A DNA stretch of 46,554 bases, taken from the NCBI GenBank assembly GCA_018398765.1, contig JAHBMJ010000484.1:1-46554 (forward strand). Direction: 5' to 3'. Below are positions 30,104 through 42,586 of this stretch, one piece after another. Under the pieces are notes generated by a model. That model was not told the origin of the DNA, ran no database searches, and was given only the letters and a program-made list of their open reading frames with translations. Position 1 is the first letter of the stretch, and each line of letters opens with the position of its first letter. Source of the stretch: Chromera velia. Lineage: Eukaryota. Both the position numbers and the translations under genes were made by a program.

Positions 30104-32203
30104 ATGCAGCCCAAGATCAGCAGACTGATCTTGTGTCTTTCTCTCTGTGGGCTTCTCCTCGGAGAGAGAGGCAGTAGTGCGGCAAGATCGTGCCAGAAGC
30201 CGCGCCCTTCTGTGGCGTTTGTTGAACCTAAGGGGGGCTTTGCGTTTCGATCAACAAGAGGGCGGCGTTCTTCAAAGTTTAGTGGCAGTGAGAAGCGTCT
30301 TCTGACTGCGGTTGATGAGGAGGAGAGCATAGATGAGACAGGAGTTTCAGCCGCACGGGGAAAGGTCAATGGCAGGAAGGCAGGTGGAGGGTTCCCTTCC
30401 ACAGAGGGAAAGACAGGAAGGGGGGAAAAGAGCATTCAGGACGCCCTGGTGTCCTCTCTGTTCTCAGGCATTGAGCCGTCTCCTGAAATCTATGCCATCA
30501 TGACAGTGTACTTTGTACAAGGAGCGCTCGGCATTGCACGGCTTGCGACAAATTTCTTTTTGAAAGACGAACTGCACCTGTCCCCCGCTGAGGTTTCTGC
30601 CCTCACAGGCGTCTTCTTCCTCCCCTGGTACATCAAACCCCTCTATGGGTTAATGTCCGACGCCCTTCCCATCGGAGGGTATCGTAGAAGATCCTACCTG
30701 TTCCTTGCAGGTGCTGTTGGTTGTGCAGCGTGGCTTGCACTTTCCCTCCTTGCAAAGAGTGTTGCCGTTGCGCTCGTGTGTAACGTCGCAGCCAACCTCT
30801 CGCTTGCCGTCTCCGACGTTGTCGCTGACGGCATTGTGGTTGAGAAAACCCGGCGGCTCCAAAAAGAGGCCGAGGAGAGAGGGGAGGAGGGGGGCACGGC
30901 ATCTGCGGGGGCTCTGCAGTCTTTGTGCTGGAGTGCGAACGCAGCGGGGGGTGTGACTTCTGCATATTTCTCGGGATCCCTCCTTGAAACGCTCTCCCCC
31001 CAGCAGGTGTTCTCTCTGACCGCGGCGTTTCCCCTCCTGGTGTCCGCCACCTCTCTGATCATCCAGGAGGATAAGGTGGGGGGGGATCGTGAAAAGGAGG
31101 GGAGAGAAGAAGAAGAGGAAGGGCAGGGGGGGGTTGTGAATGGAAAAGAGGCGGCTCCAAAGAAAGAGACCGCAACAGAGAAACAGAAGGCAGAACGGAT
31201 GGATTTGGTCGAATCAGAGATTATCGCCACTAGTCTCGAGGGTGTCGTGGAAAAGTTGAAGCTCTTGTGGTCGGCCTTGAAGGCTAAGCCCGTTTTGTAT
31301 CCGACACTCTTTCTTGTTGCATGGAGAGCCACGCCTTCGAGTGATTCTGCGTTCTTCTACTTTCTGTCCAACCAATTGAATATGCAACCCGAATTTTTTG
31401 GTCGAATCCGTCTGGTCTCTGCATTGTGTTCTCTTCTGGGTGTGTGGGTGTACAATAAGTATCTGAAGTCTTTGCCTGTAAAAGAGGTCCTGCGGTGGGT
31501 CACAATCGTGGGTGTCCCCCTAGGACTAGTACAGCTTTTGCTAGTAACGGGGAAGAATAGAGAGTTGGGTATTCCCGATGATTGGTTTGCTCTGGGTGAG
31601 GATGGTCTTTTCTCTGTTCTCGGTCAGATCGGTTTTCTTCCAACGCTTGTGATTGCCGCACAGATGTGTCCCCCCGGGATTGAGGGTACTTTGTTTGCTG
31701 CACTGATGTCGGTGTCGAATTTGTCTGGAGGAATTTCAAGTGAACTCGGGGCATTGATGACGTCAGCCCTCGGGGTGACTGAGAAGGATTTCACCAATTT
31801 GCCTCTTTTGATTGTTCTCACTAACTTTCTTTCTCTCCTCCCCCTTCCCTTCATTGGTCTGCTCGACGAGATCGGAAGTGTGGACGACCAGGTCGCACAA
31901 ATAGCGATGGGGCAAAAGGGGGCAGATGAAAAGGGAAATGGGGGAGTGGAGGGGGAGTCAATGCACTCATCCTCGACAGTCGCGGGAGACGTGACGGAAC
32001 CCACGAAGGGGAAGTTCAACCCGTTGCATTGGTGGGGTCACGACAGAAGGGCGGCGTTGAGTGAGGGGGAAAGGGGGACTGCAGCGCCCTTCAGCAGGCC
32101 TGAAAAGGAGTTAAAGTTTCCGAAGGGGGTGGGAAAGAACAGAAAAGAGACCGTCGGTGCCTCTGCAGGGAGCGAGCAGGGAGGCAAGGATTCTCCACGA
32201 TAA
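30104..32203 (+). CDS. Folate/biopterin transporter (BT1/FBT family, MFS), probably plastid-targeted
   Basis: Motifs: VYFVQG, FFLKDELHL, LPWYIKPLYGLMSDALPIGGYRRRSY, AVSDVVADGIVV, LQSLCW, WRATPSSDSAFFYF, NRELGIPD, MCPPGIEGTLFAALMS. The ATG at 30104 begins a hydrophobic signal followed by a basic transit-like stretch (SVAFVEPK...). Intronless. Confidence 0.93.
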   Translation: MQPKISRLILCLSLCGLLLGERGSSAARSCQKPRPSVAFVEPKGGFAFRSTRGRRSSKFSGSEKRLLTAVDEEESIDETGVSAARGKVNGRKAGGGFPSTEGKTGRGEKSIQDALVSSLFSGIEPSPEIYAIMTVYFVQGALGIARLATNFFLKDELHLSPAEVSALTGVFFLPWYIKPLYGLMSDALPIGGYRRRSYLFLAGAVGCAAWLALSLLAKSVAVALVCNVAANLSLAVSDVVADGIVVEKTRRLQKEAEERGEEGGTASAGALQSLCWSANAAGGVTSAYFSGSLLETLSPQQVFSLTAAFPLLVSATSLIIQEDKVGGDREKEGREEEEEGQGGVVNGKEAAPKKETATEKQKAERMDLVESEIIATSLEGVVEKLKLLWSALKAKPVLYPTLFLVAWRATPSSDSAFFYFLSNQLNMQPEFFGRIRLVSALCSLLGVWVYNKYLKSLPVKEVLRWVTIVGVPLGLVQLLLVTGKNRELGIPDDWFALGEDGLFSVLGQIGFLPTLVIAAQMCPPGIEGTLFAALMSVSNLSGGISSELGALMTSALGVTEKDFTNLPLLIVLTNFLSLLPLPFIGLLDEIGSVDDQVAQIAMGQKGADEKGNGGVEGESMHSSSTVAGDVTEPTKGKFNPLHWWGHDRRAALSEGERGTAAPFSRPEKELKFPKGVGKNRKETVGASAGSEQGGKDSPR

Positions 32204-32319
32204 CTCCTCTGTCACATCCTGCTGGAAGGACAGATCTTTCGAGTTGGTATAAAGAAAACAATTTTGATGTCATACTTTTTGAGGAGCAGCTCCCGTGGTA
32301 CTCGGCGACTCTCAGCTAG

Positions 32320-32740
32320 TAGTGAAGTGAAGTGAATTCACAAAATTATAAAAAAATATGAAATTGATCATTCCCTATCATGCAATGATACACCTAGATC
32401 ATGCACAGTTGGGACTAGTTGGGACCCATTCAGATAATTGGAACCCTGCTTAAGTGGAACCGCTAAAAGGCTATTTGGAATTTCAATTTAAATTAAATTC
32501 CTCGTTAAATTCCTCAATATTAGAACCCAATTGAAAATAATTTTTAGTATATGTAAAAAAACAATGTAGAAAAGTTTTTTACCGTATAAGTGAATTTAGA
32601 AATGAATAATGAATTTAAGTGACTTTACATGAATTTACATGAATTTATTAAAACATTGATTGATTGATTGATTAATAGTGAATTTAAGTGAATTTACAAG
32701 TAAATTTTGAGTCTAAATTCACTGTTCAATTAATGTGATC
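32320..32740. other. AT-rich intergenic island with dispersed TGAATTTA repeats and (ATTG)n
   Basis: TGAATTTA-like words recur at 32590-32710, (ttga)n at about 32655, and agttgggac twice at 32408-32425. Confidence 0.7.
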
Positions 32741-33223
32741 CGTTCGCGGCATGCACAGGCTAGCTAGACCTGTGCGGGTCTAGGTGCGGCCCGGCCAAGG
32801 AGGTCTGATGCGTCTTGGCGCTTTCTCTGGAAGCCGCACGTCAGACACTCGGCATTGGTGCGGGCACAAAGCTTGAAGAACTCTAAGAATAATTCGGAGA
32901 GGGCTGGAAACGGCTGCATCCAAGCAGCCTATGCCAGCACATCTGCTTATGAGTGCGTGCCGTTCGCTGCATGTGGACCCTCTGTTGATCGATCAACTGC
33001 ATTGAGGGGAGACTGTAGATGCAGATCGGTGCATCCAGCCAGTGCTCAGCAACAGCGTGGGTAGTATTTCGGGAAAGCCAGCGAGGCCCCACGGAGAATC
33101 TTCCAATACGTTAACACGCGCAGTTCACCGAGTCCGTGTCTGCATGCCGTTTTTGGTGACTGACTGCCTTCCTCTACTCCCTGTTGGTGGCTGACTGCCA
33201 TCAATTCTGCTTCTCCTCGTTTC

Positions 33224-33258
<35 letters not shown>

Positions 33259-33327
33259 GTCTGTCTGTCTGTCTGTCTTTCTGTCTGTCTGTCTGCCTGC
33301 CTGCCTGCCTGTCTGTCTGTCTGTCTG

Positions 33328-33370
<43 letters not shown>

Positions 33371-33546
33371 GTCAGTCTGTCCGTATTTCTTCCAATCTCT
33401 CCCTGAATGCATAGATGTCAACTACGAAAAATTCGTTACCGAGCCTCACCGATGCACTTACTCAGTCACCTGTCCGTTCGTCCATTCTTTCATGTATTTG
33501 CAACCGATCAGCTCCCAGTCCCCAATCAACCCCTTTCTTCTTTCAG

Positions 33547-33900
33547 TTAATTCGGACCGCTCGGATCCCCCTCCCCCCCTGCCCCTGCAGGCTCCCCCCT
33601 CTCCAACTCCCCCGCTTCTGTGGCCTCCCCCTCCCCCTCCTTGTTGATGTCGTCAAGGTCCGAGTCGGCCTTTAGGAGAAGGGCGTTCACACACTCATCC
33701 CCACTCCCGCCGGCCTTCAGGGCCTCGATTAGGCTTCTGCAACCAGGCAGGCAACAGACAGGCAACAGGCAGGCAGGAAAGGGAAGCCGTGGCCTTCCTT
33801 GCCGTTTTTCATCGTAGAGCCTCGCAGCCACCCCCCCCCCCCCNCCCCCACACACACACAGAGGGAGAGGGGGAGAGAGAGGGAGGGAGGGAGGGAGGGG

Positions 33901-33960
<60 letters not shown>

Positions 33961-36900
33961 AAGAAAGAAAGAAAGACAGACAGACAGACAGACAGACAGA
34001 GAAAGAGAGAGAGGGAGACGGACCCGACTGTCCACAGACAGTAGCAGAGAATTGGAAGAACAATGAAGCACATAAACACCCCGTGCAAGATGATGTAGAG
34101 GAACCCCAAGTGGGCCAGGGGGGCAGCCATGGAGTAGAGCATCTGTTTCTCTTCTCCCTCCGATTCGAGACCCTCCTGCACGACCGTTCACCACATAGAC
34201 ACACACATGCACACATACATTCATGCGCGCACACGGGAGCGGGAGACAGGAAGAGGCAAACAGAAGGACGGCATAATTTCTCAGCCTCAAGATGCTCGTC
34301 AAAGGCGTCTATTGATTTTTTTGTCTTTCTTTTGAACTGCTTTACTGACTCATTTCTCTGACTGACCTGAATTAGTTTGGCCACCACTGCCTCAATCAGG
34401 ATCGGGGCAGTCACTGCGACGACGCCGTGAAGGATCTCATAGAAGTAGAAGATCTACAGGCAGACAGGCAGGCAGAGAGATGGACAGGCAGGGTAGAAAG
34501 GTTGAGATAAGCTCCACACACGAAGAGCCCGTCAAAAGACGGTCTCTCTCTCTCACACACACGCACACAGTGTGTGTGTGCATGTGTGTGTGTGAGAGAG
34601 AGACCAATCGACATTTCTTCAGGGCGGCATGACTCACCTTAACTCTCCACAGTTTCTCCCTCACGATGTGTGGATTAATACACTATGTATGAGCATACAT
34701 TTCAGCTCTGTCTTGCTGCATACACACGAAAACAGCCATGCTAAATTCCGTTTCCCCCATGCCCTGCCTCCATGCGCCCACCTTCAGACTGAGCGAGTCT
34801 GCCCGCAATGCCCCGTAGAGTCCGATGCTGGAGAAGATCACGATCAGGACCCCCATCGGCACGTGGTAGGTCAGGGGGGCCTTGAAGAAATGTTGCACCC
34901 CTGTCAGCAGAAGGAAAGAATCAAAGGAGACGAAAGAAAAAGAAGAAGTCGAAGGAAAAGGGACAGTATGTCCTTCAAAGAAGCATTTACCTTCTGAAAC
35001 CGCAGGGTGTCTGTCTACACACGAGAAGGGAGAGAGGACATCAACCCCCTTATCTTTCTTCCGTCACAAAACGGCTTTGTTGGAAGTTTCTGATGCAAAA
35101 GAAAGCGAAAGAGAGACACGAAAAAGACAAAGATCAACGTCGAACGATCCTCTTTCACGACAGCAGTGAAAGGGGGAAAAAAGGAAAAGCCTGGATGAAA
35201 AGGACTAACGGTACAGAAAACACTCGTAAAGCTACTTATGCATGCATGCACAGAGAGAGAGAGAGAGAGAGTCAGCTAGAGGGAATTAAATAGAAAGAAA
35301 GAAAGAGACTTCTCTCTCTACTTACCGACGATCAGCAGGAGGCAGGTGATGAACACAGTCCCGATACGAAGGGGCAGACAGACGCAACAAGTCCCCGAAG
35401 GATACAAAGGATGATACTGCACGCCGAGCGAGAAGCGGGGTACATGTACAGATAGATAGATGAGAGAGAGGGGGGGGAGAGAGACGCATGTACAGTGATA
35501 CGCACTCGGGCAAGCAGATGATCCACATTGGGGACATATCTCGACCACCTCCCAAGACTGCGTTGATTGAGTCGATCCACCGGATCTCATTTGCATATAC
35601 ATGCATATCTATCTAGTTGTCCATCTAGCTCACGTCACGATTCACGTCAATCCCTGCCTGCCTGCATGGGCCTGGGGCGGAGATGCCAATGTGCCCATCT
35701 CTCTTTCTCTCTGTGTCGCGATTTCACTCTTTGGAGCCTCTCTTCCCTTCTCTGTGTCCCGGTTTCACCCTTTGGAGCCTCTCTTTTCTTCTCTACAATC
35801 TAGAACCATTTCCCTCCGTTCTCGAATTCCCTTCTCCGGCATTTCTTCCCTCCCATGGCCACAGGGAATCAACAGAAGCCCTCAAGGGAATGCACAGCTG
35901 AGGGGAGGGGTTCAATGCCTTAATTCCTTCCAGAGGGGCGAGAGAGAGAAGCGTGCTCACCGATGGGCAGGTCCTTCGCGCATGGCCTCTTTGATACTCT
36001 CTCTCTCTCTCTCGAGAGAGAGAGAAACAGAGACGAACAACAAAAGACCAGAAGAACGAAGAAAGGAAAGGAAGTGCAGGAAGAAACGAAGAACAAAAGA
36101 CCAGAAGAACGAAGAAAGGAAGGGAAGTGCAGGAAGAAACGTCGATTCACTCACTCATTCATCCTTTCCAAGCAAGACCAGGGGTCGCGGAAAAGTAAAA
36201 AAAAGGTACTAGCAGAAACAGACGAGAGAGAGGGTTGCGAGAAAGAGAGACCAAGGTGCCAATCTACCATTGAAGACATTCAAATTTATTTCAGCACGAA
36301 GAAGCCGACCTTGTGTACGAGAAAGACGGCAATGACGGCGAGGATGAACAGGACAGTGCCCGTGATGATCCCCGCAGTCGGGACAGAGTCCAGACCCCTA
36401 CCTGCATCCATGCAGGTGCGTTGTCAATATCAATATTTTCATTCAGCACGACAGTCAGTGATGGAGGCTTTCCTTGACTGCCTGATTTTTTCTGCCTTCT
36501 TTCTTTATTTATCCGCTCGCTCCTTTGTTCATTCATTCACTCATCCATTTATTGCTTGGTCCAGTTACGCATGGATCTATTCAATCGGTCAGTCACTCAC
36601 TCACCTCGTCGGAGAAAAAAGGAGAGGGAGGAGGAACGAACGAGGCAGAGAGATCTTTCGTGCCGGAAGGATGCCGAGAAAGAAACGGCATGGGGAGAGA
36701 CGCAAAAGAAAACCCCACACAAGACCAGCGAAAGGATGGATGCACGACCATTGCGGGCGCCAATCATGTTGACTTACAAAGACGCTCCACAGACCTCATT
36801 CCTTCACTTTGATTCTTCTCTCTCAGAACTTGACTTTCTGCCTGACTGACTGACGAATCTCTGCCATTTCCTCGGGTGTGAACGTGTGTTGGCTTGGTTC

Positions 36901-37503
36901 GTATGGGTCTTGGATTTTCTCGAGCTCCCTCGTTCGGAAGGGATTGAAGGATGGTCGACTCAAACGGGTCTGGAGGGCTGCCTCTTCCTTCCCTTTCCCT
37001 TTTTCTTTCTCCTCTGGTTGCCCTGTCCTTTCCGTCTCTGCCTCCTTGGGCATTTGTTTTTGTTCTTGGGGCTCTGTTTTCCCTTGCTCAGGTGAGTCTG
37101 AGTGTGTGGGGGGCTCTGGGAAGGGGGACAAGCTTCCCATTAAGTACCGAGAGACGGCAGCGTCATGGGTCATGTCCCTGGTGATCCCCTCGGCTGTGTG
37201 GAAGGAGAGAAGAGACTGTCCATGGCCCTTGATGTACCTCTCTTGACGGGCTCCCGTCTCCGTCTGATTGGGGCTGAGTGTTCCTTCGCCTGCAGAAAGG
37301 GAGGGAGCAGGTACAAAATAAATCAGACAGAAAGGGCAGGAATGATATATACCGAGGTCCCGCTCAGACCAATCACACAAACAGCCCCGGGTTTCCATCT
37401 GACCTGAATGCCGCGTCTTGGCACCCTCCACCAGCAGGCAGCTCAGAAAGGGCGCACAGACCACAAGCGCCACCCAGCTGTACAGTCCCCGAGGTGCCCC
37501 CAT
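33547..37503 (-). CDS. Multi-pass membrane protein with signal peptide (8 exons), function unknown
   Basis: Frame-consistent exons 37503-37404, 37289-36855, 36401-36310, 35416-35326, 34900-34782, 34453-34367, 34175-34024, 33736-33547. Signal peptide LYSWVALVVCAPFLSCLLVEG, about 5 TM segments, a CCVCLPLRIG motif and an acidic tail. Confidence 0.8.
33829..34017. repeat. Poly-C/(CA)n/(GA)n/(GAAA)n/(GACA)n intronic microsatellite containing an N
   Basis: Directly visible. The ambiguous base at 33844 suggests an assembly join or uncertainty. Confidence 0.9.
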
Positions 37504-39670
37504 CGTTTGAAGAGCGGCGAGCGAGCGCCAGGATCTACGGACTCCCAACAATCAAGCCCCTCAGGGGAAGTAAAGAGGGAAACCAGAGAACCCTCAGTCA
37601 GAGCTATGCCTCAAATCTATCACTTCTCTTCCAAAGAGTTTCTGACCAGTTAAGTGCCAAAAAAGGGTCGGCCGGTGTGCGTTTATTTTTCGAGACGGAC
37701 ATCTCCCCGACCGACAACAGGCGCTCACCGTCTTAGAAAGTGAGCCTCTTGCATCTTCGGACTTTGCTCAATAAAGGAGAGCCTACAGCACCTGCATGAT
37801 GAGGGCTCGAGACGTTAATTGGCTTATATATAATTGCAGATCGAGTCTTGTCGATCGACCCACGTCATTGAATGAACATCTCCGTCATATCTCCGTCTTT
37901 CAAAAGAAATCGCATGAAGTCGAACCTTCTCGATCATATCTTTGTGCATGCTCACAGCTAGAGGGGCCGGCCATGGCCGGGCCGGGCCGGCCGCACCCTC
38001 TATACCCCCCGCAGCCCCGCGGTCCGGTCCATGCAAGACGTACCCTTTCTTGCCTTCAAAAAGTTTAAGACAGGAAAAGTATGTCATGCACATGTTACAT
38101 AAATCTGCATAAATCCTAATCCTAATCCCACACTCAGTGTGTCTAAGAAGTTCCTTTCCTACTAAGTTTTCCGTACTATCTAATGCTATCAAATGTGAGA
38201 GAAAGTCGCAGATACGGAGAAGAAGCATACATTCATATGCAGTACACTGGGGTCGCAGCCTTTCATGGCTATTGGTACGTAAAAACAGTGTGCCAGCGGT
38301 CCCGGGTCGTGTGGCGCTGATGGGGCATGCAACTGAATTTATTCGTGTTCGCAATGAGTCGCGCACAGAGATGTGAAACACGTTGATCTCTGTTAATTGA
38401 GCAAAGTTGATGAAACTGTTTTGAGAAAGCAGGCAATTGGTTGAACAACTAGAGGTGTATGGACGTTTACTTCTTTCTGTAGACTGTGGATATGATCAGT
38501 TACAGTAGAAGCCTGTCTGGTTCTAGTAGCTTAGCCTAGCGTTAGTGTGTGAGTGGCCTGGAGATCGAGTTGTGGAGGAAAGTGATACTGTGGAGACGGT
38601 TGTTTCTCTTGCCTTCCTTCACATCAAATATAGCTACCTATTATAACAATATATGGCAATATCATGTCTAACTATTTCTATAACCATATTAAGTATGATT
38701 ATATGATATTATATGAATCTATATGAATCAGTCATACAATGAGTGATGCAATAGAAATGAGATAGACATTGATAGACTACAATGATGGTAACAATTCTAT
38801 GAAGATCATCAAATACAGTGGCAACGGTGCGATTGTTGAATAAGCATGCCGACGGGTTAATGAACGAGGCATTGAAACACACAGCTGCATTGATTGACAT
38901 TCAATTTTGTCATGCAGTCTGCGTGGAAGAGACAAATGAATGGAACCGCAAAAGAATCCGATCATGCAATCAACTTGAAGACGTGCAGAACGCATGTGAC
39001 AAGAACGATAGATGCAGCATACAGACAGAGAGGCAACAGACCGCGCAGCACAAGAAGACGCCTCGATTTCTCTCCACTTCCTTCTTTCGTCCATCGAATC
39101 AAATTTGCCTCTGTGGGCCTCCCTCACGTCATCGACTCAACATTGATCGATGCATGTATCACCAGTCTCTTTTCAACTGCGAGCACCCCTCTCCATGAAT
39201 GGAGGTGCAGAGATGGTGAAGAAGATCCGAAGAGAGCCCTGCAGAGGCCTGCCTGTGTTGGCTGCAGCCACGCAGAGGAAGACTTTCTGAAAGTGGCTGA
39301 TGCAAAGAAAGAGAAGGGAGAGGCCGAGGTCCCACTGCTATAATGCACCTTCAAGAGAAACCAAGCACCTCCACTCTTTGGCTGGCTCCATTTTGCAGAT
39401 CTCAGAGCCCCCTGTGCCCCTCTTGTCACGGCTCCCTTCAAGAACAGCGGGAGAAGAGAAGAGAAGAGGGAGGACAGAAAAGCCGAAAGCAACCGTAATT
39501 CACTTATGGCTATCTGACCCCATTTTCTTCCTTTCTGTCTCGGCATGCAAGCTCACAAAGCAGGAAGGAGAAACCGACAGACAAGGCTAGAGCATCCGAT
39601 CGACCTCGATCCCCCCCTCCCTCTTTCCCGAATTTCCTTCCCATGGCCTCCCTCTCTCTCTCCCTCCACC

Positions 39671-41725
39671 CTACTGCCGCAGCATTTTCGACTTCGCGAA
39701 CACCTCTCGAATGCCCATGCAGAGGGAGAGGAGCTGTAGTGTTTCGTCTGCCCCCTCAGTCAATCTCTGGTCGATCGTGGGAAAGGTCACACAGAGCAAT
39801 ACCGCCTTGGGAATGTTCTGCAGGTTGGGGAACCTGAGCATTGCCATCATCAGCTGCTCGAGCATCTGGCTGCACTGATACCCCATCGCCTGGATTTCCG
39901 TGATCTCCTGCAGGGGTGACACTCACACACATACACACACACACGCACACACACACACACATAAACACCAGAATAGATCAGAGCGAGGACAGAGGAACGA
40001 ACGTAGAAGAAGAGAAGATCACAAGAAGAACTTTGCGCGGACGGTTTGTTGTCTGGCTGGGCTGCACAGCGGAGTGGTGGGACACGAAGGCAGCGAGGCA
40101 GGCAGGCAGAGAGCACGAAGGAAAGCCACACACATGCACAGACCACTGATCGGGGAAGCGCAAGAAAGCGCCAGAAAGAGTACATGCACGCATGTAGGAA
40201 AATGGTTGGATGATGGAGATAGCGGAACGCGAAGAGAGAGGGGGGACTTGAGAGGTACACAAGACCGAAACAGATATGCAAAAAAGAGAACACGAAACAG
40301 GAAAACGGCTCCTCGAAACAAAATCATTGAAAGCATCGAGGCAAGCGATAATTTGTCACCATCCATTTATACAAAAATGGGAGAGTCCAAAAAGGAGGAA
40401 GCCATGAATGGATGAATGAATGGAGGAATGAAGCAAGATAGGAGGGAAGGAAAGACAAAAAAAAAAAAACAAGAGAGGAAGACGGGACGAATGAAGGAAT
40501 GCAGAAGGGAAGAAAGGAAGGAAGCAAAGAAGAAAGGAACCGACGAAGAAAGAAAGAGAGAAAAAAGAAAGAAAGAAAGAATGAATGGATGAATGAATAG
40601 ATAAATAAATAAATAAATGAGTAAACTAATAAATTAAGAAATAAATGAAAGGAACGCGCGCGCGCACACGCGGCCATACAGTCATACATACGGACTCACC
40701 CACACTTACACTCACTCTCTCTCTCTCTCTCACACACACAGAGGGAGGGAGGGAGGCAGAGGGAGAGAGAGAGATTCTGTGTACATTGAAGGCTCTCTGC
40801 CTGACTCTGCCCCAGGTGCTTCAATGCATTCCTTGCCCTGTCTTCATCCCAACTTCCCCCCTCCCTGGCAAGCCAACCCCCCCCTTCTGACCTCCTTCAT
40901 CTCATCGAACGTCTCGCTCCTGCACGCCTCGATCAGTCTGGACACAGTTTGGTCCGGCACATGGCCGGCAACCTCCACGACTGCAGCCTTGCTGACGTGC
41001 GAGCCGTAGAGCGTGGAAGCCGACTGCAACAACGTCACGGACCGTCTCAAGTCCCCGTCTGCAATCTTCATCAGCGCCTCTACTGCGTCCTCATCCATGG
41101 TCAAACCTTCGCTCTTCTGGATGGAGAGCAGACGCTGCTTGTGGGCCTCGTCCCCCACTGTCTGGAACCTGAACTTCGCGCATCTGCTGGCAAGGGGCTC
41201 GATGATTCTGCTGATGTAGTTGCAGATAATGCAGAAGCGAGTGACACGGCAGTACGTCTCCATGGTGCGGCGGAGGGCTGCCTGTGCCTCTGAAGTCATG
41301 TTGTCTGCCTCATCGAGAATAATGATCTTGAAAGGGGGACAGGGGTAATCTGCGGCTTCTGCGGGTTTGCCTCGAACAAGGCCTTGCGCGAACCGTCGAA
41401 TCTTCTCTCTGACAACTTGAATGCCTCTCTCATCAGAGGCGTTCAACTCCAGAACTCTTTGTCTGTAAATTGGACCGAAGAGCTCTTTCGCTGCTGCCAG
41501 AATACAGGAAGTCTTTCCAGATCCCGGAGGACCGTAGAAAAGCAAATGGGGCATGTTTCCAGTCTCGATCGTTTTTCTCAAGGCATTCACGACCTCAGTC
41601 TGGTGTGCAACGTCTGTCACCTTCTTGGGTCTGTATTTTTCGACCCATGGAAGGAGCTTATCGGAAACTGCACCCTTCGAAACACCGCCCGTCTCCCCCT
41701 TTGCTCCTCCCAAAGCTTTCAGCAT
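39671..41725 (-). CDS. RFC4: Replication factor C small subunit (human RFC4/yeast Rfc2 type)
   Basis: Exons 41725-40892 and 39907-39671. Motifs: PWVEKYRP, HLLFYGPPGSGKTS (Walker A), LELNASDERGI, CPPFKIIILDEAD (Walker B), AQAALRRTME, SRC, GDLRRS, and C-terminal DQRLTEGADETLQL. Confidence 0.93.
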
Positions 41726-42586
41726 CCTGGGAAAAAACGAAATTAAAAACTCGTCGGGAGAGAAACGAGACGGAAGCGCGTCTCCAAGAAAAAAGTTGGA
41801 AGAAAAACCCAGGGCGGAAATCAGATTCTCGTTTTTGTCAGAGAGCCTGTATGGACATGTATGGACGGAAGAGAACCTGTAGAAGCAGGGCTTGTCACAA
41901 GACCATTGAAGATGTCAGGATTACTTGCCACGAGGAAGTAGTTGATCAGCGAAATTTAGGTTCAGCTTTCAAACTTAGTCTAGCTGCAGGAGATGCATCG
42001 AAGTTTTCGGGGGGCCGGCCGCGTCGACCATGTACTATATATATAGCTGAGACCGTACGTGACGAATGTTCAGTGAATTGCGTCCGGGGTGCTTGGTCAA
42101 AACTTGTGTAAATTTGTCAAAGTTGGTCGAAAATTTCACCGAAAATTAGCGATATCTAATGCAGAAAATGGATGATTTTTTCAAAACTCGAGTTTCAATC
42201 CCGCACGGTCCCGCACCCCCAGAAAAATTGAACCGGCACTCCATCCGGCCCGGCGCCGCATAGGCTCCATACGTTGTTTCATTTGGACTTCATGACTTGA
42301 GAAGCTTCTGAAATCTTTGATGCTGTACGTGTGCATTAGAGAGCACGCCTGCTGGTGCAGACAAAGGGAATTTGCTTAAAGAAGAGCAAGGCTGTGCCTC
42401 GTGGGGTTCTGTGTCTGTGCCGATCGTTCCTTCTGGCCCTTTCTTCTTGAGGGAGACTGCACACGCACACGACACACCACTAGAGAGCGCAGAAAGCACG
42501 TGAGTAGAAGGAGCCACAACTGGCTTGGTGGTCTACCGTGCTGTATTTCGAAGCAAAGAGGGCAACGGAGGAAGTGGGAAGACATC

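Noticed and set aside
35601..36849. Plus-strand ORFs of 203 and 269 aa
   Set aside because: Antisense to introns of the minus-strand membrane protein gene, and composed of purine-rich simple sequence.
38777..39590. ORFs between RFC and the membrane protein gene
   Set aside because: No recognisable motifs or splice chain. RFC ends at 39671, so this is probably its 3' UTR.
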